A DNA stretch of 55,900 bases, taken from assembly GCA_041494275.1 (NCBI GenBank), contig JBGQAM010000001.1, forward strand, positions 1 to 55,900. The letters are read 5' to 3'. The notes below the pieces were generated by a model. It saw nothing but the letters and a program-made list of their open reading frames with translations, was not told the origin of the DNA and made no database searches. The translations under genes were made by a program, and so were the position numbers. This DNA is from Thermoplasmata archaeon. GTDB lineage: Archaea > Thermoplasmatota > Thermoplasmata > UBA10834. Positions 10,013 to 18,996 of this stretch are shown here, piece by piece. Each line of letters starts with the position of its first letter. Within the stretch, counting starts at the first letter, position 1.

Positions 10013-10240
10013 TCAAGCACTGATTGGTTTCTTCTTCTTGTACAGAAGGATACCGATGATTCCGAACAGAATCAGCGGGATGTAGATCGTGTAGATTCCT
10101 ATGTTCCCCCTCGTGAAGGGATACCATGTGTCGAAGAGAATCCCCCAAATCCAGTAGATGGCGATTCCAGCCATAAGTAGAAACGTGTAGAAACCCAGTA
10201 TGACTCTTCTCTGAAACTCGGATCCTTCGCCCTCTGCCAT
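10013..10240 (-). CDS. Small hypothetical membrane protein (2 TM)
   Basis: VILGFYTFLLMAGIAIYWIWGILF and IYTIYIPLILFGIIGILLY segments. The ATG at 10240 is preferred over the track start at 10348. Confidence 0.4.
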   Translation of the reverse strand: MAEGEGSEFQRRVILGFYTFLLMAGIAIYWIWGILFDTWYPFTRGNIGIYTIYIPLILFGIIGILLYKKKKPISA

Positions 10241-10421
10241 CGTCGCGCTCAATGGATTGGCTGTATAAATGGGTTTCCCATACGAAGCGAGAAAAGAGTT
10301 ATGATGGAGTGCGACGATGCCCCACCAGCTTAGGAGACTCTCAGCCATAAGGCCTGCTCAGGGGGAAAGTGGGAGACTGCAACAACAGGGTTACTCTAGA
10401 GGACCAAGAGCTAGCAAGAGA

Positions 10422-12323
10422 ATGACTAAGATTGATATTCTGCGCCGGCACGGCAGAGGTCTCGTCGCCATAATGTTGACCTCCTTATTGCTCTTCACCG
10501 GCCTGCCCCTTTCTGCGATTGGACACGCTGAGGCGGCCGGCAAGACGACGCTCATAGTAGGGATGATCGAGGCGATCGACAGTCTCAACCCGTTGATCGG
10601 CGTCAACGACAATGCATACATTTTCTACGGCCTCATCTACGACTACCTGATGTCAGTCGACCAGGACAAGAACATCAAGCCCAATCTAGCGACGAGCTGG
10701 TACATCGTGCCTGATCAACTACCCTACGGTTCTGTCTGGCAGTACAACTTGACCCGGAACGCGACTTGGCACGATGGTGAGCCGTTCGACGCGGACGACG
10801 TGATCTTCACTATCAACTATCAAATAGGGGCGAACTACGACAGTATGTGGGCCTACCAGCCGTATACAAGGTTCATGAACTTTACTGAGAAGGTCGACCA
10901 GTATACTGTTAGGATACACTTCAAAGACTTGGCAGGCAACACGGCACCCTGCCCATTCGGGAACGCAATTATGATGCCGATTCTTCCGAAGCACATATGG
11001 GCTGAAATCAGTCCCTATGATGCTGGGTTCTCATATCCCAACTACTTCCCGATAGGGACTGGCCCATTCATGTGCACCCAGAAGACCAAGAACGAGTTCA
11101 TTGCGGGCGAACAACTCATCCTGCTGCGGAATCCAGACTATCACGGAGAGGCGGAATACGGCAAGAAGGTTCAATTCGACAGGCTGATTATCAAGACCTA
11201 TCTGGAGCCCGCTGCGATGCTGATCGACATAGAGAAGGGGAGCATCGACCTTGCAGGCTTCAACGCCCCGAACTACCGGAACCTTATGGACTGGCTCGAG
11301 AGGAACCCAACTGACAATATTGGGCACTACGCTGGCCCGAGCACAACGGCCTACTCGAACGACATACTTGTCTCCATGTTTAACGGGAACCCCAACGTAA
11401 CTAACCCTCTAAGGTTTGATCCTGCGGTCAGGCAGGCCATGGCTCACGCGATCAACAAGGAATTCATCAGGGACAGCATATTCGCGGGCTACGCGGACCT
11501 CGGCTCGACGATAATACCACCGACCTATGGTGACTATTACTGGCAGCCCGGTCCTGACGAGATATATGACTACAACATCACCAAGGCCAATCAGATCCTC
11601 GATGCTGCCGGATATGCGTGGAACTCGGATCACACGAAAAGGTATGCTGGAGCGGGAAACGCGTATGCCGTGGAAGGCAAGCAACTGAAGTTCAAGTTTA
11701 CAGCCGAACAAGAACTTGTCGAGGACAGGGACACCGTCAACTACCTCAAGGAAGAGTGGGCGAATATAGGAATTGAGATTGTTACAGACTTCGTCAACAC
11801 AGTGCAGTGGAACACCGTCGTCTATAGCGGAGTGTACGACCTGGCCACGACATATTGGAGCGGGGATCCTGACCCGAACTACCTGCTCTTCATTCAGTCC
11901 CGTTGGGCAATCGGCGGATGGTCAGAGAACTGGTACTCCAGCCCCGACTATGACGCTAATTTTTCCGGCTCCGAACAGGCGATCAACCACGCCGAAAGGA
12001 GGGGATACATATTCAACTGTTCGAAGATAATGTACCAGGATGCCGCGTTCATCACGACCGTCTACGGATACGGCTGCTATGCCTGGAGAAACGACACCTT
12101 CTCTGGCTGGGGGGACTGGGGAGCTCATCCTGCAAGGAGTCTGTCGAGCTACTGGTCTGCGAATGACCTCTACTTCGATCTCGTGCCGTTGAAGCGGCAA
12201 GGAGGCGGGATCAACATGAACTACCTGTTGATAGGACTGGGCGTCGCTGTTGCGGCTGCAGTCATCGTCGTGTTGATGCTGCGGAAGCGCGGAGAGAAGG
12301 AAGAGGAAGTGAGACTGCCCTAG
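10422..12323 (+). CDS. ABC transporter substrate-binding protein, family 5 (peptide/nickel type), with N-terminal signal/anchor and C-terminal TM anchor
   Basis: Size and family-5 style sequence (LIVGMIEAIDSLNP.., NPDYHGE). The C-terminal LLIGLGVAVAAAVIVVLML followed by RKRGEKEEE is an archaeal-style membrane anchor. The start is uncertain (10317 or 10422). Confidence 0.75.
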   Translation: MTKIDILRRHGRGLVAIMLTSLLLFTGLPLSAIGHAEAAGKTTLIVGMIEAIDSLNPLIGVNDNAYIFYGLIYDYLMSVDQDKNIKPNLATSWYIVPDQLPYGSVWQYNLTRNATWHDGEPFDADDVIFTINYQIGANYDSMWAYQPYTRFMNFTEKVDQYTVRIHFKDLAGNTAPCPFGNAIMMPILPKHIWAEISPYDAGFSYPNYFPIGTGPFMCTQKTKNEFIAGEQLILLRNPDYHGEAEYGKKVQFDRLIIKTYLEPAAMLIDIEKGSIDLAGFNAPNYRNLMDWLERNPTDNIGHYAGPSTTAYSNDILVSMFNGNPNVTNPLRFDPAVRQAMAHAINKEFIRDSIFAGYADLGSTIIPPTYGDYYWQPGPDEIYDYNITKANQILDAAGYAWNSDHTKRYAGAGNAYAVEGKQLKFKFTAEQELVEDRDTVNYLKEEWANIGIEIVTDFVNTVQWNTVVYSGVYDLATTYWSGDPDPNYLLFIQSRWAIGGWSENWYSSPDYDANFSGSEQAINHAERRGYIFNCSKIMYQDAAFITTVYGYGCYAWRNDTFSGWGDWGAHPARSLSSYWSANDLYFDLVPLKRQGGGINMNYLLIGLGVAVAAAVIVVLMLRKRGEKEEEVRLP

Positions 12324-12391
12324 ACGAGGGAATCACACAGGCGCGGTCTGATCGGAGAACGCACTAGATTCGGAGCGCAGGGCGGGTAGTA

Positions 12392-13372
12392 ATGGCACAG
12401 GACTTCCGTAGGTATTTCCTCACTAAAGTTGTATATGCAGTCCTGACAGTCTTCCTGATACTGACTTTCAATTTCCTTCTGTTCAGGGCTATGCCTGGCG
12501 ACATGGACCGCATACTCATACCCAGGGGGGCGTCACCCGAGACTCGTTTGCTCCTGCGGGAGTACTATGGTCTGGACAAGCCGTTGCAGGAGCAGTATGT
12601 GATATACCTCGAGCATCTCTCCAAGGGTCAGCTCGGACAGAGCACCGATTTCCGAAGAGGGGTGGATGTGGCTTCCATCCTGGGCCCGTTCTTGCTTAAC
12701 ACATTGATCCTGGTCGGCATCGGGACCTTGATGTCTGTATATGTGGGCATAATGCTCGGAAGGTTGACCGCATGGAAACGGGGGAAGGCGGCAGACCGGA
12801 TAGGAAGCGCGTTCTTCCTTGTTTTCTACTGCATGCCGACCTTTCTGTTTGCTCTCATCATGGTCACTGTCGTGGGGAGATACGTTCCCGAGTGGCCCAT
12901 AAGCGGAGCCTACGGCTATGACTACGGATCCTACGACATCATGGGCAAGCTCGGAGACAGAGCTATTCACACGCTATTGCCTCTCGCTGCGCTCGTAGTC
13001 GAAACGATTGCCACATTCTCCATAATCACGAGGAGCTCGCTCATAGATGTCATGACCGAGGAGTACATGGTGACCGCCGTCGCAAAGGGGAACAAGAGCA
13101 AGGACGTGCTCCACAAGCATGCGATGCCGAATGCAATGCTACCTGTGGTGACTGTGGTCGCTATGAACGTTGGCTGGATCATGAGCGGCTCGATCATGAT
13201 CGAGGTCATCTTTGGCTATCAAGGGCTGGGGTACATGACGTGGAAAGCCGTGAAGGGCTATGACTTCCAGGTCCTTCAAGCGGTCTTCATGCTCGAGGCC
13301 GTCGCGGTCATAGTCGCCAACTTCATAGCGGATATGGCCCTCTTCAAACTGGACCCGAGGGTGAAGATTTGA
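12392..13372 (+). CDS. ABC peptide transporter permease (DppB/OppB-like)
   Basis: 6-TM permease, 326 aa, directly downstream of the family-5 binding protein. Confidence 0.8.
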   Translation: MAQDFRRYFLTKVVYAVLTVFLILTFNFLLFRAMPGDMDRILIPRGASPETRLLLREYYGLDKPLQEQYVIYLEHLSKGQLGQSTDFRRGVDVASILGPFLLNTLILVGIGTLMSVYVGIMLGRLTAWKRGKAADRIGSAFFLVFYCMPTFLFALIMVTVVGRYVPEWPISGAYGYDYGSYDIMGKLGDRAIHTLLPLAALVVETIATFSIITRSSLIDVMTEEYMVTAVAKGNKSKDVLHKHAMPNAMLPVVTVVAMNVGWIMSGSIMIEVIFGYQGLGYMTWKAVKGYDFQVLQAVFMLEAVAVIVANFIADMALFKLDPRVKI

Positions 13373-14322
13373 ACGACCCAGGGGACATGTCAAGCGGAGA
13401 GGGCACAAGGAGGTTTTCGCTCCTATCCGAAAGCCGTCGGGAGAAGATAGCACTCCTGGCCAAACGGCTGAGGAGAATCAGAAGGCAATACTCTCACAAC
13501 ATCGCTGGAATGGTCGGTCTCTCCGTTCTCATCTTCTTCGTGGTGATCGCGGTCTTCGCCCCCGTCCTGGTGACTCACCAGGACCCGAACTCCTCACTCA
13601 GATGGGCAAAGGACGAGAATAGGTATCACCCGCCATCCAAGGAGTTCTTGTTCGGCGCCGACTACTTCGGAAAGGACGTCTACAGCCTGACGTTGTATGG
13701 CACGCGCGCAAGCCTCATAGTCGGGCTTGCAGCCTCGGTGATCTCGATAGTGCTCGGGTCCGTAATCGGGCTGTTCTCGGGTTACTACGGCAAGGTCCCC
13801 GACGAGATCCTGATGCGGTTCACAGATTTCTTCCTGGTCATCCCGTGGTTTCCCCTGATGATTGTCGTAGCCATGCTCCTGGGGCAGTCCTTCACGAACG
13901 TCATCATAGTCATTGGCATAACATCTTGGCCTTCCACGGCAAGAATCGTCAGAGCACAGGTGCTGTCGGTGAAGGAGAAGGCGTTCATCGAACGGGCGAG
14001 GGCGATCGGCTCGGGGAGCAGACACATAATATCGAGGCACATCCTGCCTAACGTATTCCCCCTCATCTTCGCGAACACGATATTGCTGATTGCGAACTCG
14101 ATATTTTCAGAATCGTTCCTGGACTTCTTTGGGCTCGGGGACCCGAACATCATCAGCTGGGGCACGATGCTCGAGAACGCATATGACAAGGGGGCATTCA
14201 GCAGCTATGCGTGGTGGAACATCCTTGCGCCGGGTGCTTGCATCGTCATACTGATCATGTCATTCTACCTGATAGGCGATGCGCTGGATGAGATCCTCAA
14301 CCCGAAGCTACGCAAAAGATAG
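13369..14322 (+). CDS. ABC peptide transporter permease (DppC/OppC-like)
   Basis: Permease with the EAA-like region ERARAIGSGSRHIISRHILPN. The start (TTG 13369) overlaps the upstream stop; an ATG at 13387 is also possible. Confidence 0.8.
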   Translation: MNDPGDMSSGEGTRRFSLLSESRREKIALLAKRLRRIRRQYSHNIAGMVGLSVLIFFVVIAVFAPVLVTHQDPNSSLRWAKDENRYHPPSKEFLFGADYFGKDVYSLTLYGTRASLIVGLAASVISIVLGSVIGLFSGYYGKVPDEILMRFTDFFLVIPWFPLMIVVAMLLGQSFTNVIIVIGITSWPSTARIVRAQVLSVKEKAFIERARAIGSGSRHIISRHILPNVFPLIFANTILLIANSIFSESFLDFFGLGDPNIISWGTMLENAYDKGAFSSYAWWNILAPGACIVILIMSFYLIGDALDEILNPKLRKR

Positions 14323-14369
14323 GGCACGTGCTATTCATCGAAGTGATTCGAGAAATAGGTTTTCACAGG

Positions 14370-15878
14370 TCACGCATGACCGCCCAGCTGTCCAGGTGGA
14401 GCCGAAGTTCCTAGCTTGAGGAACTCCTCCTCGTCCTTGAGAGCCTGCTCGAATATGTCCATACCTCTCTCGAGCAGTGCCTTCGATATGCATAGCGGCG
14501 GGGCTATCCTGAACACGTTGCCGAAGAAGCCCGATGTGATCGTCATAAGGCCAGCCCTCCAGCACTTGCCCTGGATGTTGGTGGCCTCATGCGGCTCCCT
14601 GGTGTATTGGTTCTTGACCAGCTCGACGCCGATCATCAAACCTCTGCCACGGACATCGCCGATGATCTCCCTGCGCTGCTGCATCTCCTTGAGCAGCTTC
14701 ACTGCGTATTCACCGAGCTTCGCCGCTCGGTCGGTAAGGTTCTCCTCAATTATCGCCTGCACGTGCGCGAGGCCTGCGGCCATAGTAATCGCGTTGCCTC
14801 CGAAGGTGGACGAGTGTGAACCCGGTCTCCACTTCCTCATTATGTCGTGCTTTGCGATGATCGCCCCGAGCGGGACGCCGCCGCCGAGCGCTTTGCCCAT
14901 GATGAGGATGTCCGGTATCGTGTCAAAGTGCTCGCAAGCGAACATCTTGCCTGTTCTCCCGAAGCCTGTCTGGACCTCGTCGAACACAAGCAATGCATTC
15001 TGACTGTCGCACAGCTTCCTGAGTCTCGGCAGGAACTCCTTCGGAGGGACGACATATCCGCCCTCTCCCTGGATCGGCTCGACGAACACGGATGCTATCT
15101 GGCCGGTCGGACCGCCCATGCTTAGCACCTGGTTCTCGATGTAGTCGACGCAGTACATCCCGCACTCCGGGTATGTCTGCTTGAACGAACATCTGTAGCA
15201 GTATGCAAAAGGCGTGAATATGATCCCTGGCGACATCGGGCCGTAGCTGTACCTCAGTTTCAGCTTGCTTGTGAGAGCGAGACCAGCGCCGATCCTTCCA
15301 TGATACGATCCGAAGAAGGCCAAGTGCTCGCTCCTCTTCGTGTAGTATCTCGAGAGCTTGAGCGCAGCCTCGACCGCCTCCGCGCCGCTGTTCGCGAAGA
15401 AGGTTCCCCTCAAAGCCTTGCCAGGAGAAATATCGGACAGGAGTTTCGCGAAGTGCGCTTCCTTGTCAAAATAAGCGTCGTTTGCCATGCTGTGTATGAG
15501 CTTGGCTGCCTGCTCTTGAATGGCCTTGGTGACCTTGTAATGCGTCCAGCCAGCGTTCTGGACCGCGATGCCGGACGAGAAGTCCAGCAACACGTTGCCG
15601 TCTGCGTCCATGACCGCGGTGCCAGCAGCTCTGTCGATTGTGAATGTGAAACATCTATCATAGGCGTAGGAGACGTAGTCCCTGTCGATCTTGATTATCT
15701 CCTTGCTCTTTGGGCCTGGAGCTCTCACGATAATCTTAGGGGCGTCCCTAGCCCACTCAGGGATCCAATCTGGAAGCGGGAACTCCTCGGTCGTCGTCCT
15801 GGCTTTGTCCTGCTCATCGGTCGGTTTGGTCTGTTTCACCGGCTCCGCAACCGACTCGTTCTCAGTCATCTCACTCAT
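14370..15878 (-). CDS. Class III PLP-dependent aminotransferase (GabT/omega-aminotransferase-like) with acidic N-terminal extension
   Basis: FANSGAEAVEAALK, VFDEVQTGFGRTGKMF and the MGKALGGG (PLP lysine) motifs. 502 aa. The start lies 3 nt after the stop of the upstream polyferredoxin gene. Confidence 0.85.
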   Translation of the reverse strand: MSEMTENESVAEPVKQTKPTDEQDKARTTTEEFPLPDWIPEWARDAPKIIVRAPGPKSKEIIKIDRDYVSYAYDRCFTFTIDRAAGTAVMDADGNVLLDFSSGIAVQNAGWTHYKVTKAIQEQAAKLIHSMANDAYFDKEAHFAKLLSDISPGKALRGTFFANSGAEAVEAALKLSRYYTKRSEHLAFFGSYHGRIGAGLALTSKLKLRYSYGPMSPGIIFTPFAYCYRCSFKQTYPECGMYCVDYIENQVLSMGGPTGQIASVFVEPIQGEGGYVVPPKEFLPRLRKLCDSQNALLVFDEVQTGFGRTGKMFACEHFDTIPDILIMGKALGGGVPLGAIIAKHDIMRKWRPGSHSSTFGGNAITMAAGLAHVQAIIEENLTDRAAKLGEYAVKLLKEMQQRREIIGDVRGRGLMIGVELVKNQYTREPHEATNIQGKCWRAGLMTITSGFFGNVFRIAPPLCISKALLERGMDIFEQALKDEEEFLKLGTSAPPGQLGGHA

Positions 15879-15881
15879 CCC

Positions 15882-16319
15882 TCACTCCTCCCGAGACTTA
15901 TCGAGAGTCAATGCACCTGGCTTGCAGACCTTCATGCAGGCGGGGTCGCCAGCACAAAGGTCACACGTATATGCGGTCTCAACACCAAAGGCGCCCTCGA
16001 AGAAGACACCCTCGTATGGACACCTAGGAATACAGGCCATGCATGCGAAGCACCTGTGTTCGTCAAGAGTCCAGTATTTTCCGTCGCTGTGGAACTCGAG
16101 CAGCGCGGATGGGCACAACTCGCTTGGCTCGCACGTCTCGCAGTGAACACACATCATCGCCTTGTGCTTGCTCCCATCCTCCTTTGTCACTTTGATCCGC
16201 GGTCTTCCAGCGGCAACACTCGATGGATGTGCCTTGATGCAGGCTTTCTCGCACTCGAGACAACCATTGCATTTGTCGGGGTGGAAGACCAGCCCGAACT
16301 TCTTCTTGGCAGAGCTCAT
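15882..16319 (-). CDS. Polyferredoxin (4x [4Fe-4S]-type Cys clusters, DmsB/AorA-like)
   Basis: CNGCLECEKAC, CVHCETC..CP, CFACMACIPRCPYEG and CDLCAGDPACMKVC. The ATG at 16319 is preceded by GGAGGA. The longer track ORF start at 16397 is unlikely. Confidence 0.8.
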   Translation of the reverse strand: MSSAKKKFGLVFHPDKCNGCLECEKACIKAHPSSVAAGRPRIKVTKEDGSKHKAMMCVHCETCEPSELCPSALLEFHSDGKYWTLDEHRCFACMACIPRCPYEGVFFEGAFGVETAYTCDLCAGDPACMKVCKPGALTLDKSREE

Positions 16320-16428
16320 CAGTGCATCCTCCTGAGTTTGCGCACCCGCGCCATCCCGCGCCAACAGTTGCGGCGTGCTTGAGTCAGGCCGACTCACTCC
16401 GGCAATTCAACAGTAAGTTGCTCATTCC

Positions 16429-16436
16429 ATTTATAA
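16429..16436 (-). promoter_or_regulatory. TATA-box candidate (TTATAAAT on the minus strand) for the polyferredoxin-aminotransferase unit
   Basis: An AT-rich octamer about 110 nt upstream of ATG 16319 in an otherwise GC-rich spacer. Confidence 0.4.
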
Positions 16437-16741
16437 CCTCGCCAGTTGGGGTATTTCTAGGTTAGCATTGTGCAATTTCCAGTCTGAGTTTACGAATTTG
16501 TTTCACAAAAAGGTGGCATAAAGTTGAAGACTTCTCAAAAAGGATGCGCCAATCGCTAAACGTTCGAAAACAACAAAATCAATAGTGAAAAGGACTCGAA
16601 AGCTGGGATTTTTATGGCAAGTCATCCATATTATCGGGAACCGTCGCCTTCCTTTTGGACTCTCGTCATAGAGGACGCTCTTGACACTTGACTGACCTCA
16701 CGACGTGTACACCGCTAACCACTTCTGCCCATCGGCCAAGT

Positions 16742-18586
16742 CTACTTCAGATGGGGTAGCTTCTTGACGATATCTCCCAAGCCCGCCTCATCGAGCGTCT
16801 TCTTGGTCGGCCTTCCCTGGTCGTCCCATCCCCAGAGCTTGTAGTACTCGCTCAGCATCTTCTCGAAGTCCGCTCTCGGGACAACATGGCCCTTCGGCTT
16901 GCCGTCCGGAAGTGGCTCCTTCTCGATGCGCTCTGGCATCGTGTCGTCCTTCCGAGTGAATCCTTCTCTTACATTGAAGGCCCTCGTGAGGTTCCAGATC
17001 CGTCTTCCGACCTTCCTCAGGTGCTCCTCGCTCGACTGCACTCCGGTCACAGCGCTGTAGTACTTCGCCATGTTCGGGAAGTTCACGCTGTAGAAGTCAC
17101 AGAAGATGAAGCTCCACTTCACGCTCGTTCTGGTCTGGTCCTCGACACATATCGCAGCTTTGCCCTCGGGATTCCACGGGTCTTGACTTCCGTAAGCGTC
17201 GGCAGCCACCGGCCACGCCCTCAGGTGACACGCGCCTCTGTCGGATGTGGCGTACGCAAGCGCCATGCCGATCGTCCCCCGCGGGTCGTACGCAGGATAC
17301 TCAAGACCTTTGACCTCGACCGTGAGCTTCTCCGCGCCCTTGCCTATCTTCTTCGCTGCCCTCTTGACACCGTCAGCAAGCACATTGCCGATGGCCTTCC
17401 GGTCGGCTATCATCGCTGGCATCTTGGCGTAAGCCTCCTCGTTGCCGAACTTGAGATCGAGCCCTCCAGTGTCCTTCTTGGTCAGCACTCCCTTCTCGTA
17501 GAGATCCATCGCGAACGCGACGACGTTTCCCGCGGATATCGAGTCCAGTCCGAGCCTGTCGCAATCCTCGACGAACTTGACAATGGCTTCGACATTGCCG
17601 ATTCCGCAATTGGAGCCGCATAGTCCGAGTGTCTCGTATTCTGGCCCCTCGGTTGCAGAGCCCTTGAAGATCCCCGAGTTGACTTTGGAGTAGCTGCCGC
17701 ATGCGATCGCGCAGTCGAAGCAGGCCTTCTTCCGCACAAGGACTCTTGACTTGACTGCCTCGGAATCGATGCCTTTGGAGCCATCGAAGACTCCGGTGCG
17801 CCAATGCTTGGTAGGCAGAATGCCCGCATCGTTGCTCATGGCGACAAGGATCGGAGTACCATCTGTTATCATACCAGCGTGGTCGGGGTTCTCAACGACA
17901 TCCTTGAGGATCATCTCTTTGGCCATCTTGGTGAACTCTTCGATGTTCTGCACCTCGACGCCCATGCTGCCCTTCACGGCGACGGCCTTCAGGTTTTTGG
18001 AACCGAAGACAGCACCAGTGCCGCCTCTGGCCGCATTTCTAGTGATGTCGCTCGTGACGCTGGAGATGAGCCCCAGCTTCTCGCCTGCAGGGCCTATGGA
18101 AGCAACGCGCGTGAATTTGTGGCCCGTCTCCTTGCGGACCAGCTCCTCCGTCTTGAAGGTGTCCTTACCCGCGAGGTTCTTCGCGTCGCGGATCTCCGCC
18201 TTGCCGTCGTTGATCCACAGGTATGACAGCTTCTTTGCCTTTCCCTTGATGATGACGCCGTCAAACCCAGTGTACTTCAGCTCAGAGCCGAAGAATCCGC
18301 CGGCGTAGCTGTCGAGGAATGTGCCAGTGAGCGGTGACTTCGTGACCAGGACGTACCTGCCGGTCAGGGGGGTAAGCGTTCCGACGAGCGGACCAGTCCA
18401 TATCGACAGGATGTTGTCAGGAGAGAGCGGGTCAGTGCCCGGCTTGAGCTCCTCGAAAAGGTATCTAGCCCCAAGGCCCTTGCCGCCGATGAACTGCTTC
18501 GCCCACTCCTTGTTGAGGGGTTCGGTCGTGATCTTCTCGTTCGTAAGGTCGACTCTGAGAATCTTACCTTGATATCCATCGCCCAT
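16742..18586 (-). CDS. aor: Aldehyde:ferredoxin oxidoreductase family tungsto/molybdo-pterin enzyme
   Basis: The N-terminus GKILRVDLTNEKITTEPL and the 614-aa AOR-family architecture. Preceded by a polyferredoxin gene with a 5-nt gap. Confidence 0.9.
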   Translation of the reverse strand: MGDGYQGKILRVDLTNEKITTEPLNKEWAKQFIGGKGLGARYLFEELKPGTDPLSPDNILSIWTGPLVGTLTPLTGRYVLVTKSPLTGTFLDSYAGGFFGSELKYTGFDGVIIKGKAKKLSYLWINDGKAEIRDAKNLAGKDTFKTEELVRKETGHKFTRVASIGPAGEKLGLISSVTSDITRNAARGGTGAVFGSKNLKAVAVKGSMGVEVQNIEEFTKMAKEMILKDVVENPDHAGMITDGTPILVAMSNDAGILPTKHWRTGVFDGSKGIDSEAVKSRVLVRKKACFDCAIACGSYSKVNSGIFKGSATEGPEYETLGLCGSNCGIGNVEAIVKFVEDCDRLGLDSISAGNVVAFAMDLYEKGVLTKKDTGGLDLKFGNEEAYAKMPAMIADRKAIGNVLADGVKRAAKKIGKGAEKLTVEVKGLEYPAYDPRGTIGMALAYATSDRGACHLRAWPVAADAYGSQDPWNPEGKAAICVEDQTRTSVKWSFIFCDFYSVNFPNMAKYYSAVTGVQSSEEHLRKVGRRIWNLTRAFNVREGFTRKDDTMPERIEKEPLPDGKPKGHVVPRADFEKMLSEYYKLWGWDDQGRPTKKTLDEAGLGDIVKKLPHLK

Positions 18587-18591
18587 CTATC

Positions 18592-18996
18592 TCACCTCTT
18601 CAGAACGCCCTTCGGGCATATCTCGACGCACTGTGGCGTCCCGCCGCAGAAGTCGCACTTGATCGAATATGTTCCCGATTCGTCGAGCCAGCAGCCCTCG
18701 TATGGGCAGGCCTCGACACAAGCTCCGCACGCAGTGCAGGCATCCTTGTCGACGACATATATCCCGAGTCCCTCGTCCAGTTTGATGGCCTCCGCGGGGC
18801 ACGACTCGACGCACGGGTGCTCGTCGCAATGGATGCAGTAGTTCAGCTTGTACTCTCCGGGCTCGGGGAAATGGTCCTCGACGTTGATGCGGGATTGGGT
18901 CGGATCGAACTTGCCCACATGCTTCGCTGAGCAGACCAGAGCGCATAGCTGACAGCCAGTACATTTCTTGAGGTCGGCTTTCAAACCCTTGCTCAC
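18592..18996 (-). CDS. Polyferredoxin (paralog of 15882-16319), likely AOR electron-transfer subunit
   Basis: CTGCQLCALVC, CIHCDEHPCVESCP, CTACGACVEACPYEG and CDFCGGTPQCVEIC. A GTG at 18996 is preceded by GGGAGGG at 8 nt. The track ORF extends to 19056. Confidence 0.8.
   Translation of the reverse strand: MSKGLKADLKKCTGCQLCALVCSAKHVGKFDPTQSRINVEDHFPEPGEYKLNYCIHCDEHPCVESCPAEAIKLDEGLGIYVVDKDACTACGACVEACPYEGCWLDESGTYSIKCDFCGGTPQCVEICPKGVLKR

Noticed and set aside
15300-16382. 360-aa plus-strand ORF antisense to the aminotransferase and polyferredoxin genes
   Set aside because: No recognisable motifs and Arg/Leu-rich composition. The opposite strand encodes two proteins with clear PLP and Fe-S signatures.
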